32,000 nt of DNA from a cyanobacterium endosymbiont of Epithemia turgida isolate EtSB Lake Yunoko (GTDB lineage Bacteria; Cyanobacteriota; Cyanobacteriia; Cyanobacteriales; Microcystaceae). Within the stretch, counting starts at the first letter, position 1; each line of letters begins with the position of its first letter. The stretch lies in the NCBI RefSeq assembly GCF_000829235.1, contig NZ_AP012549.1, forward strand, positions 2,520,001-2,552,000. Reading direction: 5' to 3'. Below, one piece after another: positions 9,730-21,604 of this stretch. Both the position numbers and the translations under genes were made by a program. Under the pieces are notes generated by a model. That model saw nothing but the letters and a program-made list of their open reading frames with translations. It ran no database searches and was not told the origin of the DNA.

Positions 9730-11112
9730 TTGTGATATTTGTGATGTATATAGTGACATTTTATACATCTGGCTTATTTTAGCTTTTTATTATTTGCTTA
9801 CATCTTTTTTTTAGATAAGATCTATTGACTTTTATTTAATCTTAATATTTTCTTTAAAAAGTAGTGGTATCTGCGAGCTCTTTAGCTTCTATTTAAATTT
9901 TTTTTGATAATTTAATTGAGTATTAACTTATTTAATTACATAAAATATATCTACTCTGCTACTACTTTTACTTATATTATTAATTAATTTATTATATTTT
10001 TATAAGCTTTTTAAAGCTCTGTATTTACCTTTTTAATTATTGTGATAATCTCTTTTAATAAAACTTATAGTCATTCTACTATTTTTTTTAGATATTTTGG
10101 GGTTTATAATCTGTTCACTCATTTCTTATTAAAATTTACTATTATTACATAATATTTTTTCGTATTTTAATGGCATATAATTTATTAATTATTAATCATT
10201 TTAATACCGGTATTTTTTGTTTATAAAAATCTATTTAAGCCTCTTATTATTATTTATGTAAATTGTTTATAATAGTTATATTTAAATATTACCAGCTAAG
10301 CTCAATTGAATAATTGAGTTTTTAAATATTTTTATTTTTTTATGAATTATTTTAACCATCAATTGTCTATTATTTTAGGTAATTTTTTTAAAAAAATATA
10401 TATTTTATGTCTAAGATAAATCGCTTATCATTAATTATTGCCATAAATATTTTTATAATTGAGCTAAAATAAATACTCACCGACTGTTAAGGATATTCTT
10501 TTAAAAAAATCTTTAAATCTTACTTAGAACATAACTAACTACGAATAATTTTTACTTTTTTCAATTTTAAAATTTAATTTGTTAAACTGAGATTATTATT
10601 GGATTTTATAAAAATAAAATAGGTGAAGGTATTGAATCTAGTATAATTAATTTTATATATAAAAATCGGTAAAATATTACCTAATACGATATTTATAATT
10701 TTGAAGAAATTAACGATCAATATTTTTACTTTATCTCTATATTTTTAAATTCAAAACAATAGGCTTAGTAAAGTTATGATTTCATCTAAAATGGCTGGAG
10801 AATACTAGAAAAATGAAGTGGGAATAATTTTCTCTTTATTAAGAGAGGAAAGTCGATTAATTATTGATTTCATCACAAAACTAGAAAGTTTAAATCTGTT
10901 CTCTGTTATCTCTTCATTAGAGTGTTAATTTTACACGAATAATAGATTAAGTAAAACCTATTATTTAGGATATAGTTATGTTAAAATATAAAAGGATATA
11001 AAAATAAATCTAATTATCTAAAATTAAAATTAAGCCTTTGATTAGGCCTTTTTTGTCTCTTTTTAAGACAATATTCCCTTAATCTACAACCTTTAATGGA
11101 GTTGATTACCCT

Positions 11113-13749
11113 ATGACTGTCTCTCAAGATCGGATTATTCCCACAGACTTGAGTAATGAAATGTCCCGTTCTTACTTAGAATACGCTATGAGCGTCATTG
11201 TAGGAAGGGCATTACCCGATGCTAGGGATGGGTTAAAGCCAGTCCACCGTCGTATTCTCTACGCGATGTACGAACTAGGTTTGACTCCTGAACGCCCTTT
11301 CCGAAAGTGTGCAAGGGTGGTTGGGGAAGTCTTAGGGAAATATCACCCCCACGGTGATGCAGCCGTTTATGATGCACTAGTCAGGATGGCGCAGAGTTTT
11401 TCGATGCGAAATCCACTAATTGAAGGGCATGGAAATTTTGGATCGGTAGATAATGATCCCCCTGCAGCTATGCGTTATACGGAGTGTCGCCTACAAACGT
11501 TAGCAACCAATGCTTTATTAAGAGACATTGAATCAGAAACAGTCGATTTTGCTGATACTTTTGACGGCTCGCAACAAGAACCTGTCGTACTTCCCGCTAG
11601 AATTCCCCAATTACTACTTAATGGTTCTTCGGGAATTGCAGTAGGGATGGCGACCAATATCCCTCCCCATAACTTAGGAGAATTGATTGATGGAACCGTA
11701 GCTTTGATCGATGAACCAGAAATAGAAGAGATAAAACTGAGAAAAATTATTCCTGGACCTGATTTTCCGACCGGAGGACAAATATTGGGGAGATCAGGTA
11801 TTAAAGATGCTTATACCACTGGGCGTGGTTCGATTACCATGCGAGGGGTAGCTACTATTACCACCGTTGAACAAAAAGGAAAACCTGATCGCGAAGCCAT
11901 TATTATCACTCAATTACCTTATCAAACTAACAAAGCAGCTTTAATTGAACGAATTGCTAATCTAGTTAACGATAAACGTATTGAAGGGATCTCCGATATT
12001 CGAGACGAGAGTGATCGCGAAGGAATGCGGATTGTGATTGAACTCAAGCGGGATTCTTATCCCCGTGTTGTTCTCAATAACCTCTATAAGCAAACCCCAA
12101 TTCAAAGCAATTTTGGGGCTAATATGCTGGCATTGGTCAATGGAAAACCACAATTACTTACTATAAAAAAGTTTATTCAAGTTTTCCTTGATTTTCGCAT
12201 TGAGACCATTATTAAAAGAACTCAATATGAGTTACGCAAAGCTGAAGAAAGGGATCATCTATTACAAGGGTTGCTAATCGCCTTGGATAACTTAGATGCA
12301 GTAATCCGACTAATTCGCCAAGCGGCTGATACAGCCACAGCTAAAGAAGAATTAGTTGAACAATTTAGTCTTTCTGTAGTTCAAGCAGACGCTATTCTAC
12401 AAATGCAATTGCGTCGTCTCACTGCCTTAGAAGCTGATAAGATTCACGCTGAACACAAAGAACTAGGTGCAAAAATTGCAGATTTACAAGATATTTTAGC
12501 TAAGCGTGAACGTATCGAAACCATTATAAAAGAAGAACTAGAACAGATTAAATCTATCCATGCTACCCCTCGCTGTACCGAAATTATCCGTGACGACGGA
12601 GAAATCATTGATACTGATTTAATTGCTAATGAGCAAGCGATAATTCTCCTTACAGAACAAGGATACATTAAACGAATGCCTGTCAGTACCTTTGGATCGC
12701 AAAGTCGGGCAACGCGGGGTAAAGCAGCAGCAAAAATAAAAGAAAATGATGTAGTCGAACATTTCTTAAGCTGTTGTGATCACAATCAAGTGTTATTTTT
12801 TAGTGATCGCGGTGTCGTCTATGGTATTCCTGCTTATCAAATTCCCTCAGCTTCTCGAACCGCCAGGGGAATTCCAATAGTCCAAATGTTACCCATTCCC
12901 AAGGACGAAAAAATTACCTCCATTTTAGCAGTAAGTGAGTTTAGCGAAAATATATATCTCATTATGTTAACTCGTAAAGGATACATCAAAAAAACAGCCT
13001 TAGCCGCTTTTAGTAATATTCGTGCCAACGGGTTAATTGCCATTTCTTTAGGAGAGGGAGATCAACTGCGTTGGGTAAGACTCGCCAGAGCAGAAGATAG
13101 CATCATTATTGGGACACGCCAAGGAATGGCAATTCATTTTCACGCTAATCACCAGCAATTGCGACCCCTGGGACGATCCACAAGAGGAGTTAAAGCAATG
13201 AAGTTAAAGTCAGACGATAACTTCATTAGTATGGATATTCTTTCAAGTCAAGTGATAGCCGAAATGGAGAATACACAAGAGGAGGAAACTGAAGAATTAC
13301 TCGAAACTGAAGAATTACTCGAAACTGAAGAATTACTCGAAACTGAAGAATTACTCGAAACTGAAGAATTACTCGAAATTGAAGAAACCACTGGTGGCCC
13401 GTGGGTATTAGCTATTACCAATGGAGGTTATGGAAAGCGGGTTCCCGTTAATAAATTCCGTCTTCAAAATCGTGCAGGAATGGGGGTCAAAGCTATTAAG
13501 TTTAAATCTAAAACTGATCGTCTAGCATCGTTGCATATTGTGAATGAAGATAACGAGTTGATGATTGTGTCCAACCGAGGGATTGTTATTCGTCAAGCGG
13601 TTAATGCTATTTCTCTGCAATCTCGTATGGCTACGGGAGTTAGGGTACAAAGGTTAGACAATGATGACGCAATTGCTGCTGTTACCTTAGTTTCTCAATC
13701 TGCACAAGGGGAAGAAAGTAACGAAGTAAACGAAGATCAAGAAGAATAG
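11113..13749 (+). CDS. gyrA: DNA gyrase subunit A
   Basis: 878-aa ORF with [27 protein letters not shown], the active-site region [10 protein letters not shown] and a C-terminal beta-pinwheel domain. A GGAG motif lies about 10 nt upstream of the ATG. Confidence 0.96.
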   Translation: MTVSQDRIIPTDLSNEMSRSYLEYAMSVIVGRALPDARDGLKPVHRRILYAMYELGLTPERPFRKCARVVGEVLGKYHPHGDAAVYDALVRMAQSFSMRNPLIEGHGNFGSVDNDPPAAMRYTECRLQTLATNALLRDIESETVDFADTFDGSQQEPVVLPARIPQLLLNGSSGIAVGMATNIPPHNLGELIDGTVALIDEPEIEEIKLRKIIPGPDFPTGGQILGRSGIKDAYTTGRGSITMRGVATITTVEQKGKPDREAIIITQLPYQTNKAALIERIANLVNDKRIEGISDIRDESDREGMRIVIELKRDSYPRVVLNNLYKQTPIQSNFGANMLALVNGKPQLLTIKKFIQVFLDFRIETIIKRTQYELRKAEERDHLLQGLLIALDNLDAVIRLIRQAADTATAKEELVEQFSLSVVQADAILQMQLRRLTALEADKIHAEHKELGAKIADLQDILAKRERIETIIKEELEQIKSIHATPRCTEIIRDDGEIIDTDLIANEQAIILLTEQGYIKRMPVSTFGSQSRATRGKAAAKIKENDVVEHFLSCCDHNQVLFFSDRGVVYGIPAYQIPSASRTARGIPIVQMLPIPKDEKITSILAVSEFSENIYLIMLTRKGYIKKTALAAFSNIRANGLIAISLGEGDQLRWVRLARAEDSIIIGTRQGMAIHFHANHQQLRPLGRSTRGVKAMKLKSDDNFISMDILSSQVIAEMENTQEEETEELLETEELLETEELLETEELLETEELLEIEETTGGPWVLAITNGGYGKRVPVNKFRLQNRAGMGVKAIKFKSKTDRLASLHIVNEDNELMIVSNRGIVIRQAVNAISLQSRMATGVRVQRLDNDDAIAAVTLVSQSAQGEESNEVNEDQEE
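13285..13374 (+). repeat. perfect in-frame tandem repeat, 5 x 18 bp (gaaactgaagaattactc), inside the gyrA C-terminal domain
   Basis: There are five identical units at 13285, 13303, 13321, 13339 and 13357. A diverged partial unit gaaattgaagaa follows at 13375-13386. The repeat encodes ETEELL x5 followed by EIEE. Confidence 0.95.
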
Positions 13750-13756
13750 ATTTATA

Positions 13757-13786
13757 AGTAGGGGTCAACGATTGTCAATCCCTACT
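13757..13786 (+). terminator. weak stem-loop just after the gyrA stop
   Basis: agtaggg (13757-13763) pairs with ccctact (13780-13786). No U-tract follows. Confidence 0.25.
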
Positions 13787-13884
13787 AGAAGTTAAGCATT
13801 GAAAAATTAACTTAAATATAAGATCTTTTTTTAAAAACCCAGCAGTTATTCTGAAATTAGAGCAATAAAAATTGGCGTAACAAC

Positions 13885-13929
13885 GACAAACCTATAACTG
13901 TGATTATAAATCACAGTTATAGGTTTGTC
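13885..13929. repeat. perfect hairpin inverted repeat (21-bp stem, 3-nt loop)
   Basis: gacaaacctataactgtgatt / ata / aatcacagttataggtttgtc. It lies about 135 nt downstream of the gyrA stop, with no flanking U-tract. Confidence 0.9.
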
Positions 13930-14010
13930 TGTAAATCCTTGATAATAAAATTTATATTAACTTCAAGAAATAATTGGTTTTGGGGTTGGTGCCAGTTATC
14001 GATTAACTTT

Positions 14011-14041
14011 TTTACATTTATTTAGAATTAATAAATGTAAA
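14011..14041. repeat. perfect hairpin inverted repeat (12-bp stem, 7-nt loop)
   Basis: tttacatttatt / tagaatt / aataaatgtaaa. Confidence 0.75.
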
Positions 14042-14931
14042 TTATAACGTTGATAGAGCTTTTAAAAAGTTAGTGAGGATATATTCTCGGTCTCTAAATA
14101 ATTAGACAATTAAATTCGTCCTCAACTCAGGGACAAGTTTATCTTTATTTGTGTTATCTAAAGCTTAAAAGTCAATATTTGCCACAGTTGTTCATAATCA
14201 GATTCAGTTTCAATTCCTGATATCGTCTCACAGAATTTTACTCCCATCCAACTAAACCTTTTAAAACTCATTATGCTCTACTGTGAACCTAATAACAGAC
14301 TCTTATCAGAGTAGAATCAATAAAAATAACTCCTGTATTTTCTTGTTGTCAATTTATAAGAAATAGCATGGTAGCATTATTGTACAGGATATAAGTATAG
14401 AAAATAATTATAGTTAACTAGTCCAGGAAATACTTTTTGGTAATGGAGAAGAATCTGTAATGAATAAAAATTTTTAAAGGTTAGCTATCATAACCCATGA
14501 AAAGCAATTAAGATGATCATAACTTTATTCATTTTTAAATAAAAACAGTGTCTTTTTTTTGATAAATCCTCCCAATTCAGGAATAGAGAGAGGATATTGT
14601 TCAAACTTTAATAGAATTAATTTAGATTACAAAATAATATTAACCAATAATCAGAATTCACTCTAAAAATAATTCTATTTTGAAGTTAATTATGATAATT
14701 TAATTGAATTAAGTATAAAAAATATCTAAAAATATAGTTAAGTCAATTAAAAACGACTTATCAATATTTAATATAAAAAACATCTACCTTGACGAACAAA
14801 TAAAAATTATTTTACTTTTTTAAAAATTATTAAATTATAGTAAAAATTTATGATTTAATAATCATGTTATCTAAAATCATTACTTTATTCAATTAATCGT
14901 GTAATTAATATTAAAGGGGTAAAGGTAGCTA

Positions 14932-14965
14932 ATTAATATTTGATCTTTACTGATCAAATATTAAT
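14932..14965. repeat. perfect hairpin inverted repeat (14-bp stem, 6-nt loop)
   Basis: attaatatttgatc / tttact / gatcaaatattaat. Confidence 0.85.
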
Positions 14966-16088
14966 ATGAATTAAAAATATAACCAACAAAGTTTCATGTC
15001 CTTACCGTAAATATTTTATCAATAAATAAAAGTCATTAAAATTACCTGGATAGAGTTTTAAATATCCCCTTAAGTAATTATTTAAATTGTTTTTAAAGTA
15101 AATTTAAATCGGTTTAGATAAATTTAATACCATGAATTGTCAAGGAAATAACTAAATAAAGTTATTTAAAAAATCTCAGAAACTAGTGTTAAAACTGCTT
15201 CTCAAAAAAAGAGAATGAACTCGTCAGAGATCGACAGTTAATTAAAAAAGTTAAAGACATATTTTTTAAGACACAAATATCACAAAATAAAAAAATTAGG
15301 ACCTGATTATATAATTTCTCTTAAAAGAAGAAAAAATATATAACAGTATTAGTTTATATTAAAAGTTAAACCTCTATAGTCTGATTAGAGAATTGAAATA
15401 AAGAAGTAATAACATAATGGTTCTCTAGCTTGGTTTCAGAGATATTGAGTTGAATAAAATAGATCAGTACAAATTTGTAAATATCCTATAAACAGTGCTG
15501 TAAAAAAAATATTTTAGAATGATTAAAATAGTAGAAAACAAATTAATAATAAGTTATATTAGCAAATAAAAACGAATTAATTTTAGTAAAACTTAAAAAT
15601 CGAAGAGAGAGATATAAAAAGCTAGCTAAAATAAGCCATAGAAAATATGTCTTACTTGATCAAAAAATATGCATAACCTAAAATTAAGATATAATAAATC
15701 AAAAAAGTACCTGTAGTCTTAGAGACTATATCTTAAATATAAAAAGATATAAGATTTTTTGCTTAAATAACGAGTGATGTGGCTTTCTATAAATACCTAG
15801 AATGAACGGAAGCTACCTATACGAAAAATTGTCAGATGATACGTGAATAAGTCGACGAAATATAAGCTTATTTTTACAGTTGAACTATCCAAGCAGTAAC
15901 AGAAGGAATCAAGCATAAAATTAGATTTATTAAAAAATGAGTCTTGTTAGACTGTGATTTTTTTTGCTAATTTATAATACTTTATCTTAAGAGTTGTAAA
16001 ACAATCAACATTTTAAAAAAAGTTGAATTTATATGGAGCAATTTTACTTTTTTGGGAAAAAACGTGAAATATGGAATATATTTGTACC

Positions 16089-16125
16089 GAATGTTCATTT
16101 ATTATTCACACTGTGCCGAACATTC
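16089..16125 (-). terminator. candidate stem-loop downstream of the gyrB stop
   Basis: gaatgttc (16089-16096) pairs with gaacattc (16118-16125), giving a 21-nt loop. It starts 11 nt after the gyrB stop on the minus strand. The flank is AT-rich with no clean U-tract. Confidence 0.3.
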
Positions 16126-16135
16126 AGTACAGAGA

Positions 16136-18118
<1,983 letters not shown>

Positions 18119-18593
18119 TCAAAAATTCTAGCACATAAGGTTTAAAGACTGCTTTAGAGAGGTCTGGAGAGAGTTTTTTGTTTGGGTGCAGACAGTAGTT
18201 GTAGAAACAAAATTAGAGAACAATTTTAACTTCTGACTGAACGTAGGAGTCAATAACCCTTGACTTATCTGCTCGACTTATAAAAGTAAATGGTAAAAAT
18301 TTACTTATTTTAAAGTTAGTCCAAACTTATAGATTTAATTACTAATTTTTATAAACTTTAAATAATACAATTAAAATACTTAATTGTATGAATACTTAAT
18401 TAAAATACTTAATATAGAAAATATTACTGGTTTCTTGAAGAAACATTAAAATTTTTAAATAGAACCAAATTAACATAGTAATTTTTAAAAAATTTCTAGT
18501 ATTTTATTTAAATCATGTTAAAACCCTCAATAGGCTATAATCTCTACTTATAGTAAAGTGGTCACTATTTCAAGGAAAAAATATCATCAGATA

Positions 18594-18643
18594 ATAAAAT
18601 TGCTTACTATCAGCCTAACTGAAGCTATAGTAAGCAATTTTAT
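18594..18643. repeat. perfect inverted repeat (17-bp arms, 16-nt loop)
   Basis: ataaaattgcttactat ... atagtaagcaattttat. The loop itself can add agc/gct pairing. Confidence 0.85.
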
Positions 18644-19991
18644 AAAGCTATTCCTTACGGTAAATGTACTATTATAGTTTAATTATATCACTATTGTTAT
18701 AATGTTGTTTTTGCGATTACCTATTGGAATATGAGAGTACTAATAAAAATCAAGGGATATACTAAAAATATAAATAGCTTTTTAGTATTGTAAAACTAAG
18801 TTCTTAAGTAGATAAAAAAAATATATTTTTTTTATAAAAAATAAAAATTATTTAAAATATTGTAAAAATAATATACTAATTTATCAAAAATAAATGAATA
18901 TTATTATGACTATATAAATCCTCTTACAAAAACAATTGAATGAAAATAGTATAAAATTAAATCTGGTTTTAAAAAAGGTGACTATGATTAATTTTTATTA
19001 TTAGAAATCTTATGTTACAATTAATAAATTTATAAATTTAAGCGCTAACGGTATTAATTAAGTAAGTACTGATACAAAAGTATAATTAAATATTAAAAAT
19101 AAGTAAAAAAGTATTATATTTATCTATTTTATTTAAAATAATTAATAAATTTATGCATTATACTAACTATTTTAATATTTAAAGTAGCATTCTTTTAAAA
19201 TTTAAATTATAAATACTTGAATTAAATAACTTATATTTAAACAAAATTGTTTCATATTTTTTAAAAAATTTATTTTTTTTATATTTAAATTTAACAGAAT
19301 AAAGCAGTTAATTTTTCTATCATAAAACTATCACAACTCAAAACATAATTATAAGTAAAATGGCTCAATATAGTAAAAGTAACTTTTTTCAAAAAAAAAT
19401 AACATTATTTAATAAAAATAAATATTATATTGTTAAAGCTAATCAATCTTGAGATTAATAAAACATTTTTATTTATAAAAGTGCAAACATACTAATTTAT
19501 CCTTTATTTAGGTTATAAATTAATTTAAGTCTATCTTAAATTTCGGAGTGGTTAATGTTAATTAAATATAAACAGGATTAACATTATTTTTTTTTATTTT
19601 AGAATTTTTAGTATAAATATAAGTAGTCACGATGGAAGAAAGCAATTCTAAAGTACAAGTAAATAGAGATAATACCAAAGAGTATATTGTAAAAACTTAT
19701 ATTCTTTATCTTGTTAAATAAATATGACTACCTGTAACAAACAATAAAACAACACAATAGAACCATACAGTTAAGGCAATTTTTCTTTACCAAAAAACCT
19801 AGTAATAATAGATTAATCTAGATCAATAAATACTTCTATTAATTCAGAGTATAGAGGGTTAGAAAAAAAGTATAAATACAATTTTGCTAAGAGCAGAAAA
19901 AGAAGGTAACAGGAGATTATTTTTTTAGTTATTCCCAGATTTTTTTAAAATATCATTAATATACAAAAGGGCAAGAGAAAAAGATTAGTAA

Positions 19992-20025
19992 TTTTAAATA
20001 CTTAATTGAAATTAAGTATTTAAAA
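19992..20025. repeat. near-loopless perfect palindrome (16-bp arms, 2-nt centre)
   Basis: ttttaaatacttaatt / ga / aattaagtatttaaaa. It contains the AATACTTAATT motif that is also repeated at 18375-18414. Confidence 0.85.
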
Positions 20026-20100
20026 GCTTAATGAATTTGGTATATCTTACATTATCTGATAATATACTTTATGAAAACAAAACCTATTATAAAAAATATG

Positions 20101-20154
20101 AAAAGCCTTTGAAATCAATTAAAACCTTAATTTTAATTGATTTCAAAGGCTTTT
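20101..20154. repeat. perfect hairpin inverted repeat (24-bp stem, 6-nt loop)
   Basis: aaaagcctttgaaatcaattaaaa / ccttaa / ttttaattgatttcaaaggctttt. I verified the arms by reverse complement. Confidence 0.9.
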
Positions 20155-20559
20155 ATGTGTTTAGTCACTTACTACTATAATCAATTACTGGTGTCAGTAT
20201 ATAATAGATTTCATCTAAGCATTATTTGTTGCCTTGTTTTTTATCATAAACATTAGTGTTATCCTGATGGAGGCGATCAACTTAGTAATTGGTAATGTTT
20301 CCTTACAAGTTATTTTTGGGCTGATTTTGGTACTATCTTTTCCCAAAACTCCTGATCAGCAAAATATTATAAAATAATATCCGCTATTACTGTAAAAACA
20401 ATTTGATTTTTTTAAAAAATATATTAATTATTCTAATAAAGGCTTTAGTTTACTAGGAATACATATTATGATATATAAAATATTAGTTTATTTAACTTAA
20501 ATATTGATAAGTTTATTATAAATATCTTTATCATTAGTTTTTGGTGATTATACTTTATT

Positions 20560-20594
20560 TAGTCATGTTTTTATTAAAAATAAAAACATGACTA
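20560..20594. repeat. perfect hairpin inverted repeat (16-bp stem, 3-nt loop)
   Basis: tagtcatgtttttatt / aaa / aataaaaacatgacta. It ends 5 nt before the first recognisable codons of the band-7 pseudogene. Confidence 0.88.
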
Positions 20595-20598
20595 TTCA

Positions 20599-21461
20599 AT
20601 GGAACAACTGGGAAGTTATGATAAAAAGTTAAGTTTATATTTTAACCTTGTTGTTCTTTTTATTGATTATATAGTTTATAAAGAGATAATTCAGGAAAAG
20701 GTTTTAGTTATTCTTCTCACTCTTGTATTACTAAAGACAATGTTACAATTACTCTTGATAGTATCATTTATTGGTGAATTTTAGATATGGAAAAAATTTA
20801 TTACAAAGTAGATAATCTTCTATTTACTATAGTTAACTTATTTTTAACTAAAATTCGCTCGTAAATAAGTAAATCAGAACTTAAATTGACGATATTTTGT
20901 TACGATAATTATACATTCCGACAAATATCTGAGGAGTTAAAATAAGCCTTCGTAGAATTGCGCGATATTGTCCCCTCAAAAACAGTTAAAAATTTTATGA
21001 AACTCCAAATAGTCGCTGACGGACAAAAACAGGTAGCTATTTTAAGCTCAAAAGATAAACGAGACTCTGATATAAATTCAGCCCAACGAGAAGCCAAAGC
21101 AATAGTTTTAGAAGCAGAAACGATAAAAAAAGTATAAATTATTAAAACAGAAGCAACTGCCCAAGCTTTAGCGATTATCTCACAAAAAAAAATCAGCACC
21201 TATCCTAATGTCTATAAAGTTCTACAATTTGTCCTAGTTCAAAAATATTTAGACATGGGAGTTAGTATTGGCAATATTGAAAGTAACAAAACAATGTTTA
21301 TAGACCATCGTAATATTGTTTCTATACTAGAAGATATGTATTCTATCGTAGAAGATAAATTTAATAGAACACGCTTTATTAGAACAGGAACTAGAAAAAA
21401 ATTATCACTATTATACTGGATAAATTGTTTTAATTATTTTTGGAAAAAATACTATAAGTAG
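20599..21461 (+). pseudogene. SPFH/band-7 (stomatin/prohibitin-family) pseudogene
   Basis: Hand translation gives (M)EQLGSYDKKLSLYFNLVVLFIDYIVYKEIIQEKVL. After a frameshift it reads [54 protein letters not shown]...[66 protein letters not shown]...ALAIISQKK...LQFVLVQKYLDMGVSIGNIESNKTMFIDHRNIVSILEDM. This is collinear with cyanobacterial band-7 proteins (remembered pattern ...[35 protein letters not shown]...RVELRDI.PSKAVQDSMELQMAAER...). In-frame stops lie at 20775 (TGA), 20862, 20943 and 21135 (TAA), with at least one frameshift near 20700-20716. Track ORFs 20599..20784 and 21255..21461 are fragments of it. Confidence 0.85.
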
Positions 21462-21604
21462 TCAAAATATTAAGTTTTAAAATACTTTTTTCTGGAATAT
21501 AGGTCTAAGAGAGATTTGGATCTTGACTTGAACACTTGCTAAGTTCTGCTATACCCTGTATTGCAGATAGTAAATTATATATCTAAATTTAGCCGGACAA
21601 TCAT

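Noticed and set aside
10845-10854. gaggaaagtc, which resembles the conserved RNase P RNA core (GAGGAAAGUCC).
   Set aside because: Only a 10-nt match, with no flanking P4 or other conserved helices. The surrounding sequence is plain AT-rich DNA.
8611-11112. An alternative genetic code (stop-codon reassignment) as the explanation for ORF-free spacers.
   Set aside because: In the band-7 relic the stops align with different residues (Arg, Glu and others) and a frameshift is also present. All 13 intact genes read normally with the standard code.
18812-18835. 24-bp perfect palindrome ataaaaaaaata|tattttttttat, and similar A/T-run palindromes (for example 5464-5484).
   Set aside because: These are low-complexity A-tract/T-tract juxtapositions, which are easy to obtain by chance in this composition. 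I excluded them from the hairpin count.
20909-21199. 96-aa minus-strand ORF in the spacer before the ABC-F gene.
   Set aside because: It is antisense to the band-7 pseudogene, whose plus-strand translation matches a known family. The minus ORF is a by-product of that relic.
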